Assembly (NCBI GenBank): GCA_001662655.1
Contig: KV460240.1
Direction: 5' to 3' (one strand)
DNA: 64,000 nt
From: Pseudogymnoascus verrucosus
Taxonomy: Eukaryota
Part shown: positions 36,762 to 48,373 of the stretch, piece after piece
How the letters are laid out: every line of letters starts with the position of its first letter
Numbering within the stretch: the stretch's first letter is position 1
The notes under the pieces: model-generated
Told to the model about the DNA's origin: nothing
Databases searched by the model: none
Seen by the model: the letters and a program-made list of their open reading frames with translations, nothing else
Translations under genes and position numbers: made by a program

Positions 36762-38210
36762 ATGGTTGGAAGATATCTTATTCAGAATGCCACAGTGATC
36801 TCAGTTGACGCTGCCATTGGCATTGTTCGTAACTGTGACGTCCTTATTGAGCATGGCATCATCACTGCAGTCGCTCAGAACCTCCCCACCTCTGCAGACC
36901 TCACAATTATCGACGCGACTGATGCCATCGTGTCTCCTGGGTTTGTGGATACACACAGACATACCTGGCAAACCCAGCTGCGAACGATAACTTCGGACTA
37001 TGTACTATCAGACTACGTCGTCAACATCCGCAATATATATGGCTCCTGCTATACTCCTCATGACGCATACCTAGGCAACTATTGTGGAGCCCTAGAATCG
37101 ATCGATAATGGCATCACGTACTTGGTTGATCATTCTCATATCATGAACTCTCCTGATCATGCGGATGCAGCCGTCAAAGGTCTTCAGGACTCAAAAATCA
37201 GGGCGGTCTTTTGCTATGGCTTGTATGAAAACCCCGCTTGGGAAGGCTCGAGTGTGAACAAGGAGCAGGAGATAAAGAACCCGAAATGGAGATGGGATGA
37301 CGCCAGGCGCATTAGGGAGAAGTACTTCAAGTCCAATCAACCTACCGACCTCCTACGATTTGGGTTTGCCCCTGCTGAAATAGAACGGGGCACACTCGCC
37401 GAAGCCATTGATGAGGTTGAATTTGGTAGATCACTCGGATCTGCAGTAATTACTGGTCATGTGGCAATGGGAAAATATGATCGTGGAGCCCATATCGTTC
37501 GCAATTTCGAGCAGAGGAATATTCTTGGCCCAGATCTTTTGTTTAGTCATTGTGCAACATTGCATGATGACGAACTAGAAGCTGTCAAGAAAAATGGTGT
37601 CTCTCTATCGAGCACTCCAGATACGGAACTTCAAATGGGAATGGGTCATCCAATCGCCTTTAAAGCGCACAAACATGGTTGCGTTGCAAGCATTGGGATC
37701 GACATTACCTCAAATAATCCTGCGGACATGTTTCAACAAATGAGATTACTTCTTCAAGCTCAGCGACATTTGGACAACGAAAAACACGCCGTAAGACTTC
37801 CAAAAGTATCACAGAGGTGCGAAGAAGTTCTTGAGATGGCAACCATTGGTGGCGCAGCAGCTGTGGGATTGCAAGACGTCATCGGTAGCATCACTCCTGG
37901 CAAAAGAGCTGATCTTCTCATTACTCGCTGTGATTCGACCAGAATGACTCCCGTGCATGATCCTGTTGCAGCCTTGGTGTTGTATGCAAATGCTTTCGAT
38001 ATTGATACGGTCTTCATTGATGGGGAGTTAGTCAAGCACAAGGGGCTGCTGACGGGAGTGGACTGGCCCAAGGTACGTCGAGAGCTTTGTGATTCAGCCG
38101 CATCTATCATGGAACGATCAAAGAACGCTCCTACTGAGGAGATCAACGTTGCTATCATGCAGATGCTTCAAGGTTTTGCGGGCGATGGAAATGGGACCGA
38201 CGGAGCGTGA
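36762..38210 (+). CDS. Metal-dependent amidohydrolase (MTA/SAH deaminase / chlorohydrolase-like), intronless, 482 aa
   Basis: PGFVDTHRHTWQ (HxH), GITYLVDHSH, ITGHV, LFSH, SIGID and ATIGGAAAVGL...GSITPGKRADL. Confidence 0.9.
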   Translation: MVGRYLIQNATVISVDAAIGIVRNCDVLIEHGIITAVAQNLPTSADLTIIDATDAIVSPGFVDTHRHTWQTQLRTITSDYVLSDYVVNIRNIYGSCYTPHDAYLGNYCGALESIDNGITYLVDHSHIMNSPDHADAAVKGLQDSKIRAVFCYGLYENPAWEGSSVNKEQEIKNPKWRWDDARRIREKYFKSNQPTDLLRFGFAPAEIERGTLAEAIDEVEFGRSLGSAVITGHVAMGKYDRGAHIVRNFEQRNILGPDLLFSHCATLHDDELEAVKKNGVSLSSTPDTELQMGMGHPIAFKAHKHGCVASIGIDITSNNPADMFQQMRLLLQAQRHLDNEKHAVRLPKVSQRCEEVLEMATIGGAAAVGLQDVIGSITPGKRADLLITRCDSTRMTPVHDPVAALVLYANAFDIDTVFIDGELVKHKGLLTGVDWPKVRRELCDSAASIMERSKNAPTEEINVAIMQMLQGFAGDGNGTDGA

Positions 38211-38828
38211 TGCATGTTTTCTATTGGCCGCCTTATACTGCTTGATCTCGTTAAGGACGCCCCGAAGTTTGCGCATTAACTTCAACATTTGAGACTAAGG
38301 AGCTTGATTTGAAAGTTGATCCTTGAGTTTGTCATGTAAAAAGCGTTTATATAACCGTTAGATATTAATAAACGACTTAATGGATGCTTCTGAACCCTTA
38401 AAACCCCTATCCTAGCTGCACAAATAACCGTAACATTGCAAGCACCGGTCTAGGGAGAGAACTGTGAGTTATTGTTAACAACTAATAATGATGAATTTGA
38501 TGATTGCTCAACAGGGAGATATGACACCCTAATATATTGCATGAATTGATCCAGTCTACCTAGGCTGCGTAGTATACCACTTAGAGCATCGCGTCCGAAT
38601 AGGGGAAGGTGTGTAAACCTAACTCGAACTTTCAATTTTCCGAGGTTTTCCGAACCCCGCATTCCCCAATACCCCGCACTCCCTTATATTGTCCCTTGCT
38701 CGAGTTATACCTTCCCTTTGGATTCATGCATGATCCATCTGTTATCAAGCTCTACTTAATACTAACATCATAAACGCTACGGATAATATATGAGATTGCA
38801 TTTATGATCGGAAAATTCTAAAATCCTT

Positions 38829-41345
38829 ATGTTGGCAGCATCGGGACGGCCACGCAAGGCCTGCAGCCAATGTAAGGGCCATAAGGTACTGACTGAACTT
38901 GTGAACTGAACTTGTGACCCTGGCACTTGCAACGCTTTACAAGCACCCTTTTCAAATCCAAATCACGAATAAACAGACTGATGTTAAGCAGGTCCGCTGT
39001 TCGGGTGATAAGCCGGTCTGCAGACGATGCTCGCGCCTAAGACACGCTTGCATCTATAGTGCCAAGAGTGTCAATAGTGTCAATGTCCCTCAGGTGGACG
39101 GAACGTCGAGTTTATTGCAAAATGCGCGCGTAACAGATACTCCTCCGACACCAGTATCTACTACCACCCCTAGTCGAGAAGAAGGCCATTCTACCTACCG
39201 AGGGAGTTATGGAGCAGAAACCACCAGAAACAAGTACCCGATTCCCCCATTGCTGTTGACATCACCCTCGCAAGATTACAATCTCGGGATTCCTGAATCG
39301 TTGGTTTCTAGCCTGATCGAAGTATACTACTCTGATGTGTACAATGCATCTCTGCTGTTGCATAAGCGCATGTTCTTAGAAGCAGTAGCTGCAGGTACAG
39401 CTCGTCCTCAAGTTGTTCTGAGTGTCTGCGCGATTGCGTCAATGTATGATTGAAAACTCTCAACTCTGGATAACATAGTTGACCTTTTTTATGTTCAGTT
39501 TCCATCTTGACTCCAAGAACCAGACTTCCCTCAAAGAACATGGATTCAGCACACAATGGGCCGAGCGTGCAGGCAAGCTTGCGTTCCAAGAAGTCGAAAG
39601 CCCGAACGAAGATAACATTGTGGCATTTATAAATCTAGCGCTTTTTTGGTACAGCCAGGGATCCTGGCGGAGGTCTTATATACATAAGGGTATTGAACCT
39701 GAACCCGTTTTCTTTAGTTTAAGGTGTTTTACTAACCATTTCAATCGACTTCAGGCAATGCTCTGCAGCTGGCACATCTCCTAGGATTTGGAACCGAAAG
39801 ACCTGACAAGGCGGGTTCCTTGGAATCAGAGATCCAGCGCCGTCGCTTCTGGGCATGTTATCTTATGAATTGCCACGCACCGGAGTCTATGTCCGTGCCA
39901 GAGATATCGAAGACGGCACAAAAGCTTAGACTTCCCTGGCGAGACGAAGATTTCGAAGCTGGGTTCTGTGCGGAGCCAGGGGTCTCCCTGGATTCTGGAC
40001 AAAGCAACGAAGGTATCTTCTGCGAATTGGTCAAGGCCATGACATATTGGTATGATCGATCGACCGGTAATGCATACCTGCTCTAGAGCTGACAATATCT
40101 AGGCGTGCGGTTTTTAACTTGATCAAATCACCTGAGTCTAGCATTAGCGCTAGAGTTTCTGACATCCATGCCCTCGATGCTCAAATAGCGGAATGGTGGT
40201 CTAAACTTCCTACTTCTCTTCACTTGACGCCTTCTAGCATCTCAGAAACGCCTCACAGTGTCCTGCCTAAACTCCTACTCATCCACACCGTCCATCACCA
40301 GTGTCTCTGTGCTCTACACTCCTCCATCGTTCCTCTTTTTTCTTGGGGCGCAAGTGATAACACATGGTTGACTGCACGAAATCTCTCAGCACAAATAGCT
40401 TTCGAACACGCTTGCGAGGCTTCTACACTTTTCGAAGCGATCCTTACGAATTCCAACGAATCTAGTGCCATCCCAAGTTTTATTGCATATGCAGCCTACT
40501 GTGGATGCGCGATTCAGATTCCTTTTATGTGGTGCTCCGAACCATCAGTCAGGGAGAAGGCACATGCAAACGTCAGGACGAATATCAGAATGATCCATCT
40601 TTCGGCGAAGTACTGGAAGTTTAGCGCGTTGTTGGTAGGGTTTCTCTCTCCCATTTTCCGCCGCAAGTCGGACATGATTCAGGACCGAATGATAACATTC
40701 GAGTAGGAAATCCACTTTCAGTATCTCTACAAAATGCACGCGAAAGATCCGGTTCCTCTCGAAAACGAACCCAAACATCTCGCCGAGGGGAAATTAAAGG
40801 GATTTAGAATCAGCGCATCTCATGCGCGTGATTCCATATTGGGGCATAACAGCATTTTGTGGAGCAGGGGTGATGGTTATGCAAAATCAGGCGAAGAGGT
40901 TACCGATCTGGGGATTCAAGATGAGAATAGTCTTCAACCTTCCGGCTTAACGGGCCAAGACTGTAAGTGGAGTCTCTTACCAAGAATTGCGAGAGCAATC
41001 AAAACTAATCGTACCTCTTTTGCCACCGTAGTTTCTAGGACTATCACCCCACAGAGCCAGTGTCGTCCTCCCTCGCGGGCACCTATAGCCGAAGAAGATC
41101 AGCCACTCACATCTGCGGATCCCAATCCGACGACCATTGTTCAAGAGGACCTCTATGCTCAGCCATCTCCAACTCTGGATTTCTTCCACCCGTTTCTCGA
41201 CCCCGAGATTCTGGATGGTTTCCCCGACGGCGAGGTCTTGGATTTCTCGCAATATGGGACGATTCCAGCGAGCTTTGACTTTTTCGACGGTTGGGCTCTT
41301 GGTGCTGGAGAGGTTCCGGAGACTAGAGGGAACGAGATGGGGTAA
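38829..41345 (+). CDS. Zn(II)2Cys6 transcription factor with fungal-specific TF domain, multi-exon
   Basis: MLAASGRPRKACSQCKGHK/VRCSGDKPVCRRCSRLRHAC zinc cluster split by an intron; EIQRRRFWACY middle homology region; acidic C-terminus. Confidence 0.88.
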
Positions 41346-41558
41346 GGTGAGCTAAGGAAAGGTAATGGAAGGAAAGGAAGGTAAGGTGAGGAAAAGGAAA
41401 GGAAAGGAATAACGGTGTCATACTACTAGCCGGAGCAGCATCCATCTAAGCACACACCATTGCATCCCACACTTAGTAATTCTCCTAAACCACCATGCCC
41501 TCTCGGGTTTATGGCGCGGAATTTACAAACCAAAAGTCTCACGGCCGAGGTTCACGGA

Positions 41559-41691
41559 GCAATATCGGATCATTGTTGATGTTGGTAGTGCCGGGTCGGG
41601 ATATTGGCAATACCGGATCATTGTTGACATTGGTAGCACTGGGTCGGGATATTGCGTTTAAGGTTACACTTTTCCGATCATGATCGGAAAA
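41559..41691. promoter_or_regulatory. Cupin promoter: two 48-bp tandem units plus a perfect 22-bp palindrome TTTTCCGATCATGATCGGAAAA
   Basis: Units at 41559-41606 and 41607-41654; palindrome at 41670-41691; CGG triplets typical of Zn2Cys6 sites. Confidence 0.55.
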
Positions 41692-41846
41692 TTAGAAAGT
41701 TGCATTTCCAACTGTCGGATGGGTCTAGAAAAGCACTTTTCAATCCACAAGTTTTAAGTAAGAAGGTACCCCAAGCCTCGACATCAAAATCCCATCTCCT
41801 TCCTTCCACGCCTCGAACGAACAACTAGCCTTGCATTAAGACAAAG

Positions 41847-42428
41847 ATGTCCACCACCACCACCACCACGCTCCCCTCCAACCTCCCCAACCCCACAATC
41901 CACATAACAACCCACTCCCCCACAACCGGCAAAGCGCACCTCCACTCCTCCACCCAAAACGCCTGGACCTTCCTCCGCTCCTCCACCATCGGCTTCAACG
42001 TCATCTACACCACCTCCCAATTCCCCGCCAGCCTTTCCTCCAACACCGACATCACCACGCACGAGAAAGTCGTCCAATCCGGAACCCTCGGCCTCGTCCA
42101 ACCCCACGGCACGGTGTGCCGCATCGTCGATTTCGGACCCCAGCACGAGCCGCTCATGCACCGCACGCAGTCGCTCGATTACGGCGTCGTGCTGGAGGGG
42201 GAAATCGAGATGGAGCTCGATGGGGGGGAGGTTAAGGTGTTGAGGAGGGGGGATGTGGCGGTGCAGAGGGGGACGATGCATGCGTGGAGGAATCAGAGTA
42301 AGACGGAGTGGGCGAGGATGTTGTTCGTGCTGCAGGATTGTGAGCCGGTGGTTGTGGGGGGGGAGAGGTTGGGGGAGGATCTGGGGGGTGAGGTGGAGGG
42401 GTTGCCGGGGAGTGGGAATGGTGAGTGA
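41847..42428 (+). CDS. Cupin-2 domain protein
   Basis: MHRTQSLDYGVVLEGEIEMELDGGE...GDVAVQRGTMHAWRN cupin metal motifs. Confidence 0.9.
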   Translation: MSTTTTTTLPSNLPNPTIHITTHSPTTGKAHLHSSTQNAWTFLRSSTIGFNVIYTTSQFPASLSSNTDITTHEKVVQSGTLGLVQPHGTVCRIVDFGPQHEPLMHRTQSLDYGVVLEGEIEMELDGGEVKVLRRGDVAVQRGTMHAWRNQSKTEWARMLFVLQDCEPVVVGGERLGEDLGGEVEGLPGSGNGE

Positions 42429-43320
42429 GTTAAGGGGGGGGTGAGGATGGGTTGAGAGTTGGGGTATGAGGCGTGCTGAAGTGGTGTTGGTGAGAAGATG
42501 AATATATAGTGTTCGAGGGCGCTAGATGATAATGTTCGAACTCGTAGATCCGTGGTTGTTTGCCGACTAAGGTCTCGGTAGGAAGGTATTAGACGTAGAG
42601 TTTCTGCATTTAGCCTCATCAACACAGCTCTAAGTTCCGCAGAATCCATATTTTCTTCATTGTGCACGCCAACCTACCCTCTAAGATTCAAAGCCCCCTA
42701 GCAAGCAACAGAATAACATATTTCCTTCCCCGTTATCTTCCTTACTAACCTTACCACAGCCTTTCACAAGCTGATTAAGAGCTCGCTCAGCTAGGTTTGG
42801 TGGTGCGGGGGTTAGTTAAGTGGCTGGTTGTTTAGTTTTGATATGATAACTAGTCGCGCCCCTTCCTTCCTCCTGAAGGGGAGGTTGATATGATGTAGTT
42901 TCCACCAAGAGCCATCCTCCATCCCATCCCATCCACATATATCGCAAACAGCATCACCATTATCATCACCACGAAGACGCCACGGAAGAAGTGAAATGAA
43001 TAGATAAAATAAAAAAACAACAAAAAATATATGCCGGCCCATAGCCATAATTACAGTGTACTCCTTTCCTCCCCACCTCCCTGGCAAAAAAAACGATCGG
43101 GGTGGGTGGTGGGTCATGCTTTCATATACAAAAAACACAGATGCTGCCTTTTTATATCCCTCCCTCCAACACAAGACAGACACATCGTCATCAAGAAGAG
43201 CGAACAAAAAGAAGCCCATTCCCATTCGCGCCATGCCGTTCCTTTCCGTCTATACAAATTACCCCCCTCCTATGCAACCAACCCTCCCACCAACTAGAGA
43301 ATCGAGGGAAAAAACGGGAT

Positions 43321-45816
43321 TTACTCCCCATTCCTCAACCCCCAAGTCGGCTTAAGCGCCGCAATCATATCATCCTTCGTGCTCACGCTATCCCCGGGCA
43401 ACCTACTCACACGATGCGCACCATTGCGAATAGCCTGCAACTGCATCGCCGACACGCCACTGCGATTACTCCTAATACTGCCCGCATCACTCATCGTATC
43501 CTGATCCCTAAACACCCTCTTCGGCGGCGCAAAATCCAACGACGTGAACGTCCCCGACTTCCTCAGCGAATGCGGGCTAGGAATCACCGCAAGCTCATCG
43601 AACGCGCTCACAAGTGGCCTGTGCACAGGGACAGCAGGACTATACGGTCTGCGCTCACCCATGGGGCTCTGAGAGCGGCCCTGGGCGCGCTCTTTGTAGC
43701 TCGTGGGTGCGACGAAATCGGCTGCGTTCATGATGGCGAAGCTGTCATCCTTCAGCAGAGCGGGGGTGGGGATGGTATTCAGATCCGCGAGCGGAGCCAT
43801 GGGGCGTTTCTGCTGGGCGGTGTTGGGGCGACGGTTTGAGGCTGAGGAGAAGGGGCGGGGTTCTTGGAAACCGGGCGCGGGGCCGCGCCATTGGTTCATG
43901 GAGCGGCCGCTCATTGAGCCGTGGAAGGCGCGGGGTGGGCCGTTGGGGCCAGGGCCGTAGTTGTTGTTGTAGTTCTGGTTGAAGCCTGAGCCTTGCGAGC
44001 CGCGGGGTGGTGCTTGGCCCATGAACCTCTGTGCGCCGGGAGGAGGAGTGAAGGCGCGACGAGCCATGGGTTGTGCGTAGGGTTGTTGCGGGATGGGGGC
44101 TTCGTAGGCATCGGCGTGGGGGTCGTAGTATGCCCCGTCGTCGTAGTCTTCGTAGTACTCCCCTACGGGCGCGGGCTTGGAGTCGTCGAAGTACTCTTTG
44201 TAGAAGGAGCGGATGCGGTTGGCGCGGACTTCGGGGTCGTCGGACTCGACGGCGAGAGTGGGGGGGAGAGGGCGGAAACCCATGGAGATGCGGCGCGGGT
44301 CGACGCCTGGGGCGCCGAGGCCGGCGTTGGCGTATTCCTCCGGGGGGACGTCCATGGAGTAGCGGCTGGCGCGCTTCATGGCGGCCTCTTGGGTGGGGGA
44401 TGGGGGTGTGACGACGAAGCCGTCGTTGCCGTAGTCGCCCTGCAGCCAGTTTTCGTCGTGGGTAATTTGCGGGATCTCTGGGAGGGGAGCTTTTTCTTGG
44501 GGCAGTGACTGTAACCTCGGTGGGCGAGGGTTCGCGGGTAATGAGTTTGCGAACTTTGGTGGTGAGTTCTGCTGGGGAGCACGGTCGTCATCTAGAGAGG
44601 TTGGGCCCATGGGCATGTCAAGAGCGGCGGAGTCGGAGAAGGGGGATTTCTCGTTGTCTTTAGGGGCAGATGGTGGTGGGGTCTCCATGCGACCTCCTCC
44701 ATTGACGATTGAACCAAGGTAGTTGTTGCTCAGTCTGAAGCTCGAGGTATTACGTTCGCCGTCCTTAGAAGAGTTAGAGTCCCTGGGGCTCGATGGCAGT
44801 CCCTTTCTCTGAACACCTCCGTCAAGAGACGAGTTCTTGGGGAAGTATGCAGGTGCAGGTTCGATGTGTGCGGGTCCGTTCTCAGGCAGAGCGTTCTTTG
44901 CCAACGAAGCTTGGCGAGGAGGTGGTGAAAACTCGTTGTTCCCATCAGTGCTACCCATCTGGCTGGCATTGCGAACCAAGCCGAAGGCAGTAGTTGACTT
45001 TCCACTGTGGCCGGTGTGGCCAGTGTAGGTCGATGAGCCGTCACCACGTCTTGGAGCTGCTCCGAATCCGCTGCGCATGGAAGCATTGTCATTTTGAAGT
45101 TCGTTCACCGGGCGATAAGGGTCCTCCTTGTTGTGGATCGATCTTGACAGGGAATGCAGGGACTCGGTTGAGTTGTTTAGTCCTGGTGGGAGAAGATAAG
45201 GGCTGTTGATGATGTCCAAAGACAATTGGCCTTTGTGGCCTGGCTTCTCGCTCATATCGTAGTCCGACAAACCATTAGGGAGCTTCCTGCCCTTCTTTGC
45301 TCCAGGGTGAGGTTGCATTCCGAGACCAAAGTCAAGGGACTTGTGCTTATCGTTGGCATCCTCCTCTCTCACCTTGCGGATGTGTCTGCGGTGCAGGTAG
45401 ATCAAGGCAATGATAATGATCACAACAGGAACACTGGGTCACGATTAGCAGTGGATTTACCCACAGGAAACATTGTCAACTCACGTCACACCGACAATGA
45501 TAGCAATAGTCGAAGATGACGCGGAGTACGGCTTCTCACACTTCGAGGAAGTGTCATTAGGTCCGCACTCGGCTGTTGTAGATGCCGCAGACGCACTCGA
45601 CGTAGTACTATCGCCAGACGAAGAACTATCCGTAGTATCACCTGGCGGGGAGCGGGGAACGAGAAGAGAGGGCGTGGGTTGGGTGTATGATTTAATCAGA
45701 GTCGGAGCACCGCCCATCGTGAGCGGCCAGTGGATGTCATTGAGGTGCGCCTCCTCAGCGGCCTTCTTCTCGAGAGGAAAGTCGTGCACATCGTCAGCGG
45801 CACGGCGGGTATCCAT
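43321..45816 (-). CDS. Skg6/Tos2-like single-pass membrane protein, 2 exons (intron near 45485-45436)
   Basis: Short ectodomain with a Cys pair (ECGPNDTSSKCEKP), a TM helix, and a long Pro/Ser-rich tail with RANRIRSFYKEYF and PSPHSLRKS. The family assignment is from motif recall. Confidence 0.65.
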
Positions 45817-47965
45817 GGTGGATTTGTGGTGTCGGTCCTGCCGTGAAGCCTCCCGTGTATGTGAAGGCTTCCGGAAATGAAGGTGGTGGTGGTGAATTTG
45901 TTGGTTGGGGTCGAGATGCGGAGACAGTGAACTCGTAAGTGTAGGCTGTCACGATGTATGATGACTTTCGATGCGATGGATTTCGTCGACCGGGACGGAC
46001 GCTGGTTCTATGCTATCCTGTATTGACTGATGCTGCTATCATAGACGTCGTGGTAGAATGAAAACAATCGACAAAAAACGGTACTCTAAGGTCGTTGAAC
46101 TGGCAGTGGTGCTGGTGGACCGGTTGAAAAGAGTGACTTGGAATGAAGGACTTCGGGGTCAGGATTCGAAATGAGGGACAGTTTATTGCTGTAGTAGCAA
46201 ATGTAGGTTCTAAATGAATGGCAGTCCTGCTCGGCAGGGACTATTGAATTATGGAAAGACGCAACTTTGGATTGTCGTGATGGCGGGTTACATCAGGCTG
46301 GATCGTTGGGTGAAGTCGACGAGGAGGAGGAGGAGGAGGAGGAGGGAACGAAAGGTCAAACATAGGACGAAGGCTCACAGGTGCGTCGTGTGAGGAGAAG
46401 TCCGTGGAGAGCGCGGATGGGTGGGGGGGGGGGAGGATGCGCGGTGAGTAGTACTGTGTTCGGTCGAGAGCGATAAAGTACCTGCGTGGGTTGGTGGAGG
46501 TTGCAGTACTTCCGACCACTTCAGACCACACTTCAGACCACTTGGTGGTTCCTCTGGGCTGCTCGGATGGGTTCTCTGGGTTCGATGGTGGGCCTTGGGA
46601 CGGTACAGGACACTGCAGACGGTGAGGCGCAGGAACCTGGGGGCTTGACGGGATGCTGGAAATTGAAACGGATATCCCCTCCCCTCCACTCTGACCTCTC
46701 AGGGGTCGCGGGCCGGGATGATGCGCCTATGCGAAACGCCGGTCGTAATTATGATTTAGGTGATGGAGATGGAGGGTATACATCACAAATCGATCGGCTG
46801 TTGTTTACAAAAGATGATATTAACGCGTTTTTATTTACTGTTTACTGCTATTTTATCAAGTTCATATTGGTGTCTTGAATGTTGAATGAGGTAGTAGAGT
46901 TAAGTTAGATACATGATTAAAATGTGCATTACCATTTATTGGCTATAGTACGACATTCTATATATATGCATCCAACCCCTTCATCTGTCGCCCCCACACC
47001 CACAATCTCCCTAATCCCAAAGTAGCTTAACTCAGGAACAATCAACGAGATTGAAGTCTGGCAGGGCGCACAACAGGCCATTAGAGGCCACCAAAGGCCA
47101 ACAAAGGCCACCAAAGGACCAACCAAATCGATAGTCGGCCGTCGATAATTGGCCGAAGCCTCATTTGTACCCATCCCTCTACTATCCTGTACCCATCCTC
47201 TTCTCTACTTGTACACTGCAGTAACTATACATTCCTTTCACCCAAGCTATAGACCGTGGAACGTTCCATACCTCCCCCATCCCCCCTCCTGATTCGACGA
47301 GAAAAGAAAAAACCAGCTCGTCAGCAAAAAGAAGCGTTCCTTTCCAGTGCATACACAAGCATATCTCCCCCAAGGCAGCCCCCGCTAAACAACCGAAATG
47401 AGTTGCTGGGTGTTAGGGCCAATATTTAATCAATTTCTACATTACTAGAAGCAGGCAAGTATGCTAGGTGGCAAGCAGGCAAGCAAGTAATCTACGGAGG
47501 ACTGCACAGTGCTAGATTAGAGCAAGGGAAGTAATGCTTGCTGGTGGTGCGTGTTGGACTTTGTGCACCTACCTGTACCTGTGCTCATTCGGCTTACGCC
47601 TCACCCGGCTCGGTCGCGTTCGAGATGGTTCTTTTTTCTTCATCCCACCAAGTTCCGTCTTGACCAAGTTGTCTTGACCAAGTCTTGGCCAAGACTTGGA
47701 GACACGGCTCGGCGCTGTTTGACGTGTGCGGGTTTCTGGGAAGGTGAGGAGGAGAGGATGAGATGTGACAGAGTGGCGGCTGATGATTGATGGTACTACC
47801 CTGACAGGGAGAGAAAGAGCTTGGGGGAGCTGGGAGCTGCTTCAGCTGTCTTGTCTCGTCTTGTCTTGTCTTGTCTCGGCCCCACATGAGGTCATTCATG
47901 ATGGTTTGTGGTTTGTGGGATGGTTAGACAGCGAGTCAGTTGAGTCGCGATGATACTACCCCAGA

Positions 47966-48198
47966 ACGCGAAAATGGAGAGGTAGGGTAGGTATCATAAG
48001 TAGTAGAGGACGTCCTCAAGACGCGAAAATGGGTAGGTAGGTAGGGAGGTATCATAAGTAGTAGAGAACGTCCCCAAGACGCGAAAATGGAAAGGTAGGT
48101 AGGTAGATTAGTATCATAACTACTAGAGAGCGTTCCTAAGACGCGATTCTGGAGAGGCGGTAGGTAGGTATCATAACTAAGATTAGTAGAGATCGTCC
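47966..48198 (+). repeat. Four imperfect tandem units of ~55-62 bp
   Basis: Units begin with ACGCGA at 47966, 48021, 48079 and 48141; each contains (GTAG)n and GTATCATAA. Confidence 0.85.
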
Positions 48199-48373
48199 AC
48201 CACCGTCATCATGTGTGTTGCCCGTCGAAAACATCAATGTGTTCCTAAACTAGAGCATCCACTGACTGTCGTTAAACTGACCGTTAAACATCAATATGTT
48301 CAATTTCACCAGCCCTCCCACCCTCCCATCCTCCCAATGAAATGCCCATTACACATCACCCATCCACCCGCAC

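Noticed and set aside
14300..42428. Starship-type giant transposon carrying the accessory regions
   Set aside because: No tyrosine-recombinase (DUF3435) captain gene or clear element boundaries are visible, and a core-like gene separates the two regions.
45957..46031. ATGATGA...CTGA spacing resembling a box C/D snoRNA
   Set aside because: No terminal stem and no convincing rRNA guide; lies antisense to the probable 5' region of the Skg6-like gene.
47966..48198. Tandem repeats as a CRISPR array
   Set aside because: Eukaryotic context, no unique spacers and no cas genes.
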